Shown here: positions 25,271-33,915 of the stretch, piece after piece
Layout of the letters: every line of letters begins with the position of its first letter
How positions within the stretch are numbered: position 1 is the first letter of the stretch
NCBI GenBank assembly: GCA_016203765.1
Contig: JACQMB010000145.1
Location: 1,124 to 65,123, forward strand
Source of the DNA: Deltaproteobacteria bacterium
Lineage (GTDB): Bacteria > UBA10199 > SPLOWO2-01-44-7
Reading direction: 5' to 3'
DNA length: 64,000 nucleotides
The notes under the pieces: generated by a model
The model's database searches: none
What the model saw: only the letters and a program-made list of their open reading frames with translations
Told to the model about the DNA's origin: nothing
Program-made: the position numbers and the translations under genes

Positions 25271-26425
25271 ATGTCCTCCCCTTTCTTTAATCCTGTTCAG
25301 GTTGTTTTTGCAGAAAGGCTTTCGGAAGGCTTGCCTCCTTTGCTGAAAGGAAGACGTGCGTCTGTTTTGACGACGAAAGGAATGAAGCAAAGAGAGGGAT
25401 TCAGACTTTTAGAAGAAGCCCTGGGTGGAAAAAGTTGCGGGGTTTGCACCGATGTTGTCCCGAATCCGGATGTGGAATCCATTCTTTCTTGCACGCGGCA
25501 GATTTCCTCCTTCAAACCGGAGATACTCATTGCCTTGGGAGGCGGAAGTGTTTTGGATGCAGCGAAGGTGGTCGCCATTTTGCTTGCGGCCCCTTTTTCT
25601 AAGACTGCCCTGCAAGAGATTTTGGATGGCAACATTTCTTTGCCCAAGGAAATGGATGCCTTGCCGGTGATTGCTATCCCTACCACGTCGGGGACCGGTT
25701 CGGAGGTAACTTCGTGGAGCGCCGTTTGGAATAAAAAGACAGGCCAGAAATATTCTCTGTCGCATCAGTGTATGTATCCCGAGGCCGCGCTTCTGGTTCC
25801 TGCCCTCACGGCAACCCTTTCTTATGAAAACACGCTGTTTCCCGCTTTGGACGCCCTTTCCCAAAGCATGGAAACCGTTTGGAACAGGAATGCCAATCCC
25901 GTTTCCGATGCGCTGGCCATGCAGGCAATGACCTGTCTGTTTGGAATTTTAAAGAAGGACTTTCGCCGTTCTTTTGAAGCTTTGTCCGTGCGGAAGGAGT
26001 TGCAAAAAGCCAGTCTGTTAACGGGCCTTGCCTTTAGCAACACGGAAACGGCGATCGCCCATTCCCTTTCCTATCCTTTGACAGGCAAAAAGGGGGTTCC
26101 GCACGGTTTGGCTTGTAGTTTTACCCTCCCGGAAATTTTGCGTTTTAATTATCAAGGGGCTCCGGAACGCGTAACCCTTGTTTTAAAAGCCCTAGGTTTT
26201 TCTCATGTTGAAGAAGCGATAGAAGCTTTGTATATGGTTTTTGAAGACTTAGGTATTTGGCAGTATCTTAGAAATTACATTATGGACCCTTGTGAACTGC
26301 AAGAGTTGCAACACCTTTTGGTCTCTGCTCAGCGCGCCCGGAATAATATCGTCCCCTTTTCTCAAGAAGCGGCTGTAGAGTTATTGACCGCCGCTTTTGG
26401 CCGCATCGTGGGCCGAAGATGTTAA
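25271..26425 (+). CDS. Iron-containing (group III) alcohol dehydrogenase, candidate phosphonoacetaldehyde reductase
   Basis: Motifs are ALGGGSVLDAAKVVA, IPTTSGTGSE and a His-rich metal site (AHSLSYPLTGKKGVPHGLA). The functional call comes from its position in the phosphonate sub-cluster. Confidence 0.75.
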   Translation: MSSPFFNPVQVVFAERLSEGLPPLLKGRRASVLTTKGMKQREGFRLLEEALGGKSCGVCTDVVPNPDVESILSCTRQISSFKPEILIALGGGSVLDAAKVVAILLAAPFSKTALQEILDGNISLPKEMDALPVIAIPTTSGTGSEVTSWSAVWNKKTGQKYSLSHQCMYPEAALLVPALTATLSYENTLFPALDALSQSMETVWNRNANPVSDALAMQAMTCLFGILKKDFRRSFEALSVRKELQKASLLTGLAFSNTETAIAHSLSYPLTGKKGVPHGLACSFTLPEILRFNYQGAPERVTLVLKALGFSHVEEAIEALYMVFEDLGIWQYLRNYIMDPCELQELQHLLVSAQRARNNIVPFSQEAAVELLTAAFGRIVGRRC

Positions 26426-27189
26426 AAGATCATCTCCGACATCGCAGAATAGTGTTCGGCGCTTGGACCTCTCTGGCCCATCCCCAAATTACCGAGATGT
26501 TCGCCTCCGTCATGAAGCCCGATTTCATCGGGATCGACATGGAGCATTCCACCATCAGCCAGGGGGAAGCGCAAAGGATTATCGCCGCCGGCCAGGCCTG
26601 CGGGGTTCCCGTTTTGCCGCGGCTGGCCTCCCATGATATCGAAGCGATGCGCCGCCTCTGCGATTCGGGGGCAGACGGCCTGATCGTTCCCATGGTCAAT
26701 ACGCCCGAGGAACTGGAACGGGTGGTGAAGGGGTGCAAATATCCCCCCGTGGGCCAAAGGGGCTACGGGGTGGCGCGGGCCCAGGGGCACGGTGCCCGTT
26801 TTGATGAATATATTTCCGCGTGGAATGCAAAATCGGTTCTGATCATTCAGATTGAATCCATTCAAGCCGTGGAAAATATCGACCGGCTGTTGGACAATGA
26901 GCAGGTGGATGGAGTGATGATCGGCCCCTACGACATCTCCGGCTCGCTGGGAATTCCGGGAAAGCTGATCGACCCCAAAGTTTTGCAGGCCGGCGAGCGG
27001 GTCCTTGCGGCGTGCGCGCGCCGGGGAAAGGCTTGCGGCACGCAAATTACGGAACTCCCCGACGAGAAAAAAATTAAGGAGGCCATCGATCGCGGTTATA
27101 CCGTCATTGTCCTGGCCTCCGATGTCTTTTTGATGTGGCGATGGTCGGAACAAATGAGAGGGTTGATCGCTCGTGTACGGCAGTCTTGA
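26419..27189 (+). CDS. HpcH/HpaI family class II (pyruvate-type) aldolase
   Basis: Motifs are FGAWTSLAHPQITEMFA, DFIGIDMEHS, LIIQIESIQAVENID and MIGPYDISGSLG. Confidence 0.85.
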   Translation: MLKDHLRHRRIVFGAWTSLAHPQITEMFASVMKPDFIGIDMEHSTISQGEAQRIIAAGQACGVPVLPRLASHDIEAMRRLCDSGADGLIVPMVNTPEELERVVKGCKYPPVGQRGYGVARAQGHGARFDEYISAWNAKSVLIIQIESIQAVENIDRLLDNEQVDGVMIGPYDISGSLGIPGKLIDPKVLQAGERVLAACARRGKACGTQITELPDEKKIKEAIDRGYTVIVLASDVFLMWRWSEQMRGLIARVRQS

Positions 27190-27778
27190 AACCGTTGTCC
27201 AAAGGGCAAAGGCACTGATTTTTGATTTTGACGGGACGCTGGTCGATTCCAACCCCATCAAATTGTACGCCTTCGAAAAATGTTTTTCGGATTTTGTGGA
27301 AAAACAAAGCGAGATCATGGACTATTGCCTGGCGCATCATCATGTCTCGCGCTTTGATAAATTTCGGCATGTTTTTGAAACAATCCTGCACCGACCCTAT
27401 ACGCCGGAGTGGGAGCGGAAAATGCTGAGGCGCTATGCCGAGGAGACGACGGAGCAGGTGATCGGCGCCCCCGAAATTCCAGGGGCCGTCTCCTTTGTCA
27501 AGCGTTGGAAAAAGAAGAAGGAGGTCGTTTTGCTCTCCACGACGCCGGATGAGATTTTGAAACATATTTTGGCCAGGCGGGAGATGGAACATCTCTTTTC
27601 CGTCATTCGCGGAGCCCCAGTTCATAAGGCCTCGTGGATGGACGGGTTTATGCGGGGAAGGGGTTTGGAGAAGAGGGAGGTGGTGTTCTTCGGCGATTCC
27701 GACGAAGACGCCGAGTCGGCAAAAACGGCCGGGGTGATTTTTGTGAAGGTGGAAGGAGATCAAACGTTTCGATCATGA
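27173..27778 (+). CDS. HAD-superfamily hydrolase (phosphatase)
   Basis: GTG start. It has motif I LIFDFDGTLVDS and motif IV FFGDSDEDAESA. Confidence 0.8.
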   Translation: MYGSLETVVQRAKALIFDFDGTLVDSNPIKLYAFEKCFSDFVEKQSEIMDYCLAHHHVSRFDKFRHVFETILHRPYTPEWERKMLRRYAEETTEQVIGAPEIPGAVSFVKRWKKKKEVVLLSTTPDEILKHILARREMEHLFSVIRGAPVHKASWMDGFMRGRGLEKREVVFFGDSDEDAESAKTAGVIFVKVEGDQTFRS

Positions 27779-28539
27779 TAAAGAACCAAACCATGGATCA
27801 AAGATTTTCTTTGCGGGGCAAGGCGGCGGTGGTCGTCGGCGGGGCGGGTTATCTTTGTTCCGCTTTATCGAGGGCGATGTTGGAATCGGAAATGAAGGTC
27901 GCTATTTTGGATGTTGTGAAGGAACCGCCAGCCGATTTGTCTGGAGAGGTTTTCTTTTTGCAGTGCGACGCCGCTCAAAAAGAGGCATTGTTGAAAGGCC
28001 GCGAGGCCGTTCTACAAAAATTCGGCCGTGTGGACGTTTTGTTAAACGGCGCCACCTGCAACGCCCCAACCCCCTTTTTGGAAATCAGCGAGCCGGAGAT
28101 TGACCGGATCTTGCGAGCCAATGTCTACGCCACCCTCTACGGCTGCCAGGTGTTTGGAGAGGCGATGGTTAAACAACGCAAGGGAAGCATTATCAATTTT
28201 GCCTCTGCCTCCAGCACAACGCCCCTCTCCAGGGCCTTTGTCTACTCCGCCGCCAAGGCGGGGGTTCTGAATCTGACCAAAAACCTGGCCAGGGAATGGG
28301 CCCCCTATCAGGTGCGCGTCAACGCCCTTCAACCCGGTTTTTTCCCGACCGAGTGGAGTCGGAAGCATTTTATTGACGAGGAACGCCAGGCGAAAATTTT
28401 GGGTCATACTCCGATGAGGCGCTTTGGCAAACCGGAGGAATTGACCGGGGCCGTTCTTTGGCTGGCCTCCGAAGCCGCCTCTTTCGTGACCGGCTCCGTT
28501 GTAACCATAGACGGCGGTTTTACCGCCATGACGATTTGA
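27775..28539 (+). CDS. Short-chain dehydrogenase/reductase (SDR)
   Basis: The ATG at 27775 overlaps the upstream stop (ATGA). Motifs are GKAAVVVGGAGYLCSAL, YSAAKAG and PGFFPT. The ORF-track start at 27634 is an over-extension. Confidence 0.85.
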   Translation: MIKNQTMDQRFSLRGKAAVVVGGAGYLCSALSRAMLESEMKVAILDVVKEPPADLSGEVFFLQCDAAQKEALLKGREAVLQKFGRVDVLLNGATCNAPTPFLEISEPEIDRILRANVYATLYGCQVFGEAMVKQRKGSIINFASASSTTPLSRAFVYSAAKAGVLNLTKNLAREWAPYQVRVNALQPGFFPTEWSRKHFIDEERQAKILGHTPMRRFGKPEELTGAVLWLASEAASFVTGSVVTIDGGFTAMTI

Positions 28540-28541
28540 AT

Positions 28542-29285
28542 ATGACGAAGAGTGTTGCCATCACCGGAGGCAATCGCGGCATCGGAAAGGGAATCGCCGA
28601 TTATTTTTTGGCCAAGGGGCATCGGGTGGCTGTTTGCTCCCGCTCCCCAAGAGAAAAAGGTTTGGCGAAGGCCATCCTGCACCTGCAAATAGACGTTCGT
28701 AAAAGGGAAGACCAAAAACTGTTTTTGGCGCATGTTCAAGAATCCTTTGGGGGGTTGGATGTCGTTGTCCATTGCGCCGGCGTTTCCCGGTGGAGGCCGC
28801 TCGAAGCGGCGGACGAGACTTTCGTGGAAGAGGTGATAGAGACGAATTTGCTGGGGACGTTGTGGGGTTGCCAGGCGGCCGCGCAGGTTTTGGGGCCGGG
28901 GGGGGCCATTGTCAATGTCTCCAGCCTGGCGGGCAAGCGCGGCTCCGCCAATAACAGCGTCTATTGCGCCTCCAAGTTTGCCGTCAACGGACTCACGCAG
29001 GCCTTGGCCAAGGAGCTTGGGCCGCGGGGGGTGCGCGTGAATGCGGTTTGTCCGGTTTATGTGGAAACCGATTATATTCTTCAATCCCTGAGTGAAAAAA
29101 ACTCTCCGGCGGGGGGAGGATCGGTGCGGAGTTATCTGGAAAATTTTGCCAAAACGCAGACGGCCCTGGGGCGTCTCCCCAGAGTGGACGAGATTGCCAA
29201 GACCGTTTATTTTTTTGCCAGCGACGAGGCCTCCGCCGTTACCGGACAATGTCTCAACGTGGATTGCGGAACCTTTCCCCAATAA
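28542..29285 (+). CDS. Short-chain dehydrogenase/reductase (FabG-like SDR)
   Basis: ATG at 28542. Motifs are VAITGGNRGIGKGIA, NVSSLAG, YCASKFA and NAVCPVYVETD. Confidence 0.85.
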   Translation: MTKSVAITGGNRGIGKGIADYFLAKGHRVAVCSRSPREKGLAKAILHLQIDVRKREDQKLFLAHVQESFGGLDVVVHCAGVSRWRPLEAADETFVEEVIETNLLGTLWGCQAAAQVLGPGGAIVNVSSLAGKRGSANNSVYCASKFAVNGLTQALAKELGPRGVRVNAVCPVYVETDYILQSLSEKNSPAGGGSVRSYLENFAKTQTALGRLPRVDEIAKTVYFFASDEASAVTGQCLNVDCGTFPQ

Positions 29286-30041
29286 ATGACCACAAAAATT
29301 GCCGCCGTGATTCCCGCCCGCATGGCCTCGCAGCGCCTTCCGGGCAAGCCGTTATTGGAAATCGAGGGACTGCCGATGATTGAGCACGTTCGGCGGCGCG
29401 TCCTTTTGGCCAAGGGGTTTTCCCGCGTGGTTGTCGCCACCTGTGATCCGATCATTGCCGAGACGGTTGAAGATTACGGGGGAGAGGTTTTAATGACCAG
29501 CCCCGCGCATCAGGTGGCCACCGAGCGGATCATCGAGGCGATACAACATTTGGACTGCACGCATGTGATCAATGTCCAAGGCGATGAAGTTTTGGTCTTG
29601 CCCTCCGACCTGGAAAAAATGACTTCGGCCATCCAGGCCCATCCGGAAAAGCCGGTTTGGAATGCGGTGGCGCCCCTTGAGAGCGAAGAGACGCTCAAGG
29701 ACCAATCGATCGTCAAGTGCCGGCTTTCCCCTTCCGGCCGGATTCTCTCCTTTGTACGCGAGGGATCTTCCGAGACGGGGCCGCTCTATTGGGTGATCGG
29801 CCTTTTGGCTTATCGTCGCGGCATTTTAGAGGAGTTTGCGCGGTGGAAGCGGAGCGCCTTGGAAGCGAAGGCCTCGATTGAGCAGATGCGCTTTTTGGAA
29901 AACGACGTGCCGATCGCCTCCGTTCTTTTTGCCAAGGCCTATCCCGGCATTAATGAAGAGCGGGAGGTAGGCCCGGTGAAGGATTATTTGCACGAGGACA
30001 GGCTTCAGAGATCCGTTTTGCGAAAGGTCCTTGCCTCATGA
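29286..30041 (+). CDS. kdsB: KdsB-like cytidylyltransferase (CMP-ulosonic acid synthetase family)
   Basis: Motifs are IAAVIPARMASQRLPGKPLLEIEGLPMIEHV, VVVATCD and INVQGDEVLV. The family call is solid, but the substrate need not be Kdo. Confidence 0.7.
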   Translation: MTTKIAAVIPARMASQRLPGKPLLEIEGLPMIEHVRRRVLLAKGFSRVVVATCDPIIAETVEDYGGEVLMTSPAHQVATERIIEAIQHLDCTHVINVQGDEVLVLPSDLEKMTSAIQAHPEKPVWNAVAPLESEETLKDQSIVKCRLSPSGRILSFVREGSSETGPLYWVIGLLAYRRGILEEFARWKRSALEAKASIEQMRFLENDVPIASVLFAKAYPGINEEREVGPVKDYLHEDRLQRSVLRKVLAS

Positions 30042-30982
30042 GAACCGTTTACGTCGCTTTGTCCAAGTTTTGCGAACAGGACGACGGCCCGCGCCGCGTT
30101 TTGACGGAGGCCGGACTCGATGTTTTGGAAAATAAAACGGGGAGGCGGCTTCGCGAAGAGGAGATGTACGCTTTGTTAAAAGACGTGGACGGCGTGCTGG
30201 CGGCCGTGGAGCCTTATCGGGCCGGCTTGCTGGAAAAATTGCCGAGGTTGAAATGTATCAGCCGCTGCGGCGTGGGAACCGATAACATTGATTTGGAAGC
30301 GGCCGAAAAATACGGCAAGGCGGTTTTCAACACGCCGGATGAAATCGTGGAGCCGGTGGCGCAGATGACCGTGGCGATGATTTTGAACTTGGCCCGCCGT
30401 TTAAATCGGTACGCCTCCGATTTTTGGAAAGGGGAGTGGGTCAAACGGAGCGGTTTTCTCCTTTCGGAGTGGACGGCGGGTATTATAGGCTTTGGACGCG
30501 TCGGCAAAAGGGTCGCCCATTATCTAAAACCCTTCGGGACACGCATTTTGGTTTATGATCCCGCGGTGTCTCCGGCCCAATTTCCTGAATTTTTGTTTTG
30601 CCGGTCGCTGGACGAACTTTTGAGTCAATCCGACATCGTCACCTTGCACGCGGGCCGGCCGACGCGGGAGGGAGTTTTAATGAACCTGGAGTCCTTTAGG
30701 AAAATGAAACCGGGGAGTTATTTTGTCAACACGTCGCGGGGATACCTGGTTGACGAAACGGCGCTCCATGAAATGTTGGTCTGCGGCCATTTGGCCGGCG
30801 CGGCCCTCGATGTTTTTGCCCAGGAACCCTACCAAGGGTCTTTGAACTCTCTCCTACAGGTGATAGGCACTCCCCATGCGGCGACTCTGACCCGGGCCTC
30901 CCGGTCGGCTATGGAGCTGAAGGCCGCGCAAAACCTGGCCTGTTTTTTCTCAACATGTACGAAAACCACTGGAAGCATTTGA
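30038..30982 (+). CDS. D-isomer-specific 2-hydroxyacid dehydrogenase (phosphoglycerate dehydrogenase-like)
   Basis: It starts with an ATGA overlap. It has the NAD loop GIIGFGRVGKRVAHYL, AALDVF and the catalytic His region GTPHAAT. Confidence 0.85.
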   Translation: MRTVYVALSKFCEQDDGPRRVLTEAGLDVLENKTGRRLREEEMYALLKDVDGVLAAVEPYRAGLLEKLPRLKCISRCGVGTDNIDLEAAEKYGKAVFNTPDEIVEPVAQMTVAMILNLARRLNRYASDFWKGEWVKRSGFLLSEWTAGIIGFGRVGKRVAHYLKPFGTRILVYDPAVSPAQFPEFLFCRSLDELLSQSDIVTLHAGRPTREGVLMNLESFRKMKPGSYFVNTSRGYLVDETALHEMLVCGHLAGAALDVFAQEPYQGSLNSLLQVIGTPHAATLTRASRSAMELKAAQNLACFFSTCTKTTGSI

Positions 30983-32148
30983 ACCAGCTGACCTTGGCCG
31001 CCATTGTTGTGGCCGGCGGGAGGGTGGGCTCTGATTTTATCCAAAGCCTGTTTGACGGTCATCCCGAAGTTTTGACATTTGACGGGGTTTTATCCTTTGA
31101 GGATTTTTATCAGAATGCCATCAGTCTTTGGGGGACGGCCATCCAGTTTCAAGTCCATCGCCGTTTAGAAAGGGCAGCCCCTTCCGATTTTTTTTATGAA
31201 TTTGCATGGAAACATTTATACGCCTTCAAATCCAATTACGACAACCTGGAAGGCAAACACCGATTGGGGATGTCCCGCGATGAAGCCAACCAAGTGGACA
31301 TTGAGGCCTTTGTTCGATACGGCGTTCAACTTTTAAGCGGGAGAGAATGGACAAGCCGCAACGCCTTTTTGGCTCTTTACGGAGCCTTTGGGCTGGCGAG
31401 AGGGGAGGATTTGTCAAAGAAGAAAGTGTTATTACATCATATCCATGATATGGAAAAATTGCCTCCGCTCTTGGAGGCTTTTCCGAACATAAAGGTGATC
31501 GCTGCCACCCGTGATCCGCGGGCCGGTTATCTTTCCACCATGGAGCATACCTATCGGTATTCCAAAGAAAAGGTGACGCCGAATATGCATGCCTATGTCT
31601 ATGCCCGCATTCTGCGTGAGTCGGATCCTTTGCAAGGACGGCCTGGTATGGATGTTCGCGTCAATTTATTGGAGCGCCTGCATCAAAGCCCGGAAACCGT
31701 GCTTAACAATATGTGTCAATGGTTGGGCATTCCGTTTCATCCCGTCTTGCTTTGCTCCACCTGGGGAGGAAAGGAGTGGTGGGGAGATGCCCTCTCGGAT
31801 GAGATCCGGAAGACATTTAATCCGGAAATGTATGCGGCTTCACAAAAAAAATGGGAACGAAATCTTTCTTTTCAGGATCGATTGCTCTTGGAGGTGTTGA
31901 TGCGCAAGAAACTCAGGCGGTATGGGTATGTCATCAAGTATCGGGCATCCCTTTGGCATTTATTGGCTTTTCCGTTAATTTTTTGGCCCAACCGGATAGA
32001 AAGAAAATTGCTTAGAGAAAACTTAAAGTCGTTTGGCGCGATTCGCTTGCTTCGTTGGATTCAAGGATTGGGCCGTCGTTATCGTTGTATGTTGCAGAGA
32101 TGGATTGCCGTTCTGCGTTCAGGAAAGGAATCCTTTGAGTTTTTTTAG
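30955..32148 (+). CDS. Sulfotransferase-family protein
   Basis: It has a 5'-PSB-like loop (IVVAGGRVGSDFIQSLFDGHPEV) and a 3'-PB-like segment (VIAATRDPRAGYLS). It overlaps the upstream gene by 28 nt. Confidence 0.65.
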   Translation: MYENHWKHLNQLTLAAIVVAGGRVGSDFIQSLFDGHPEVLTFDGVLSFEDFYQNAISLWGTAIQFQVHRRLERAAPSDFFYEFAWKHLYAFKSNYDNLEGKHRLGMSRDEANQVDIEAFVRYGVQLLSGREWTSRNAFLALYGAFGLARGEDLSKKKVLLHHIHDMEKLPPLLEAFPNIKVIAATRDPRAGYLSTMEHTYRYSKEKVTPNMHAYVYARILRESDPLQGRPGMDVRVNLLERLHQSPETVLNNMCQWLGIPFHPVLLCSTWGGKEWWGDALSDEIRKTFNPEMYAASQKKWERNLSFQDRLLLEVLMRKKLRRYGYVIKYRASLWHLLAFPLIFWPNRIERKLLRENLKSFGAIRLLRWIQGLGRRYRCMLQRWIAVLRSGKESFEFF

Positions 32149-33193
32149 ATTTAAAACGCACGTCGAAACAGTCCGCCGCTTGCGCAACGACAAGCGGGAC
32201 CGCCACGACCGGTTCCGCCTGGATGCCAATGAGCGGCTGGAAGGCCTGCCGGCCTCTCTGTGGAAGAAATTCAAGCGGGATTTGAGGCAGGAGGACGTTT
32301 TGTGCTATCCCGAGACGGAAAAATTTTATGAAAAACTTGCCGGCCATCTGGGCGTGGGGGTGGAAAATCTGGTTCTGACCACCGGCGTGGACGGGGCCAT
32401 CAAAAATTGTTTTGAACTGTTCGTCAAACCGGGGGACACGGTTGTTTATCCGGACCCCACTTTCGGGATGGTCGATGTTTACGCGCGGTTATTTCAGGCG
32501 CAAGCGAAAAAGATTCCTTTCGGCGGGGCGGTGGCCATCGAGGACCTGATCAAAGTCGTCGATCAGGGCGTGACCTTTGTTTTTCTCCCCAACCCCAACA
32601 GTCCCACCGGGCACTATTTTCAAAATTCCGACCTGGAAAAACTGATGGCCGCCTGTCGTGAGAAAAAAACAGGCCTGTTGATCGACGAGGCCTATTGGGG
32701 CTTTTCCCCGGGGACGGCCGTCGATATCGCTTTGCGATTTGAGAATGTGGCCGTCGCCCGCTCTTTTTCCAAGGTCTTCGGTCTGGCGGGCTTGCGGATC
32801 GGCTATCTGATTGCCCCCGCTCCCCTGGCCGCGCTTTTGTACAAATTCAGACCGATGTATGAGGTCAATCAACCGGCCTTGAAGCTGGCCTCGCTGGTTT
32901 TGGATCAATTTGACGAGGTCTTTGCGTACGGCAGGCGGACGCGGGAGGGGCGCAAATATTTTGTTGATTCGATGAGACAAAGGGGTTTTAATGCCCGCGA
33001 GACGGAGGCGAATTTCGTCTATGTCGATTTTAAAGAGAAGAGGGACGCTCTGCTGACCCATTTAAAAGAAAAGGGAGTCTTGATCAGGGGTTCTTATAAT
33101 CTGGAGGCCTTTGGAGATTGGGTTCGATTGACCGTCGGTCCGGCGGCAATCATGAAAAAACTGATTGGGCTCATTGATGAGGTCTTATGCTAA
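32135..33193 (+). CDS. Class I/II PLP aminotransferase (HisC-like)
   Basis: I propose a TTG start at 32135, preceded by AGGAAAGGAA. Motifs are RLDANERLEGLP and the PLP lysine region ARSFSKVFGLAGLRIGYLIA. The ORF-track start at 32033 lies inside the upstream gene. Confidence 0.8.
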   Translation: MSFFRFKTHVETVRRLRNDKRDRHDRFRLDANERLEGLPASLWKKFKRDLRQEDVLCYPETEKFYEKLAGHLGVGVENLVLTTGVDGAIKNCFELFVKPGDTVVYPDPTFGMVDVYARLFQAQAKKIPFGGAVAIEDLIKVVDQGVTFVFLPNPNSPTGHYFQNSDLEKLMAACREKKTGLLIDEAYWGFSPGTAVDIALRFENVAVARSFSKVFGLAGLRIGYLIAPAPLAALLYKFRPMYEVNQPALKLASLVLDQFDEVFAYGRRTREGRKYFVDSMRQRGFNARETEANFVYVDFKEKRDALLTHLKEKGVLIRGSYNLEAFGDWVRLTVGPAAIMKKLIGLIDEVLC

Positions 33194-33915
33194 GGACGAA
33201 CCGCCCCTGGGGCAATCCCTCTTCGCTCTCTTTTTTTAAAGAGCATCGGAACTCCGTCGAAGAGGCCTATCCCTCGGAACTCCATTTTTTGGAAAAGGTG
33301 GTTCCCCAGGTTCAATCGGTTTTGGACGTCGGCTGTGCCGCGGGGGGATTGTATCCGGTTTTCAAAAAGTACAACCCCCGTCTTCACTACGAAGGGGCGG
33401 ATGTCATTCCCGAAATGATCGAGAACGCCCGAAAGAAATTTCCTCGGCTCTCTTTTCACCTGGTCGGCGGCGCGGCGCTCCCCTTTGAAGACAACAGCAG
33501 GGAGATGGTCTTCAGCTCCGGTCTTTTTCACCTGATCGATCATTACGAAGCCTATCTGCAGGATTTGTACCGGGTGGCCCGGCGTTTTTTGCTGGTCGAT
33601 TTTCGCGTTCATTCGGAGGCGACCCGTTGTTCGGAAATGTGGGTTGCCTTCGGGGGGGTGGAAAGAAAAGAGGAGTTGAAGGTTCCCTATTATGTCCTGA
33701 ACATGGGCGACTATCTGCGGATGTTGACGCGGTTAAAACCGAGCCCCGGAAAAATCGATATCTACGGTTATCCGGGCAAGGTCTCCGCCAACACAAAAGA
33801 AAATATTCCCGATGTCCTTTTTCTCTTTGCCAACATTGAAAAGGGGGCGGGCCGGACGGCGTGGCCCGAAATTTCTTTGCATATCACCCCAAAACCTCAA
33901 GGGGGGGTTGGATGA
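33187..33915 (+). CDS. Class I SAM-dependent methyltransferase
   Basis: Motif I is VLDVGCAAGGLYPVF, and the fold is typical downstream (MVFSSGLFHLID). Confidence 0.8.
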   Translation: MLRTNRPWGNPSSLSFFKEHRNSVEEAYPSELHFLEKVVPQVQSVLDVGCAAGGLYPVFKKYNPRLHYEGADVIPEMIENARKKFPRLSFHLVGGAALPFEDNSREMVFSSGLFHLIDHYEAYLQDLYRVARRFLLVDFRVHSEATRCSEMWVAFGGVERKEELKVPYYVLNMGDYLRMLTRLKPSPGKIDIYGYPGKVSANTKENIPDVLFLFANIEKGAGRTAWPEISLHITPKPQGGVG

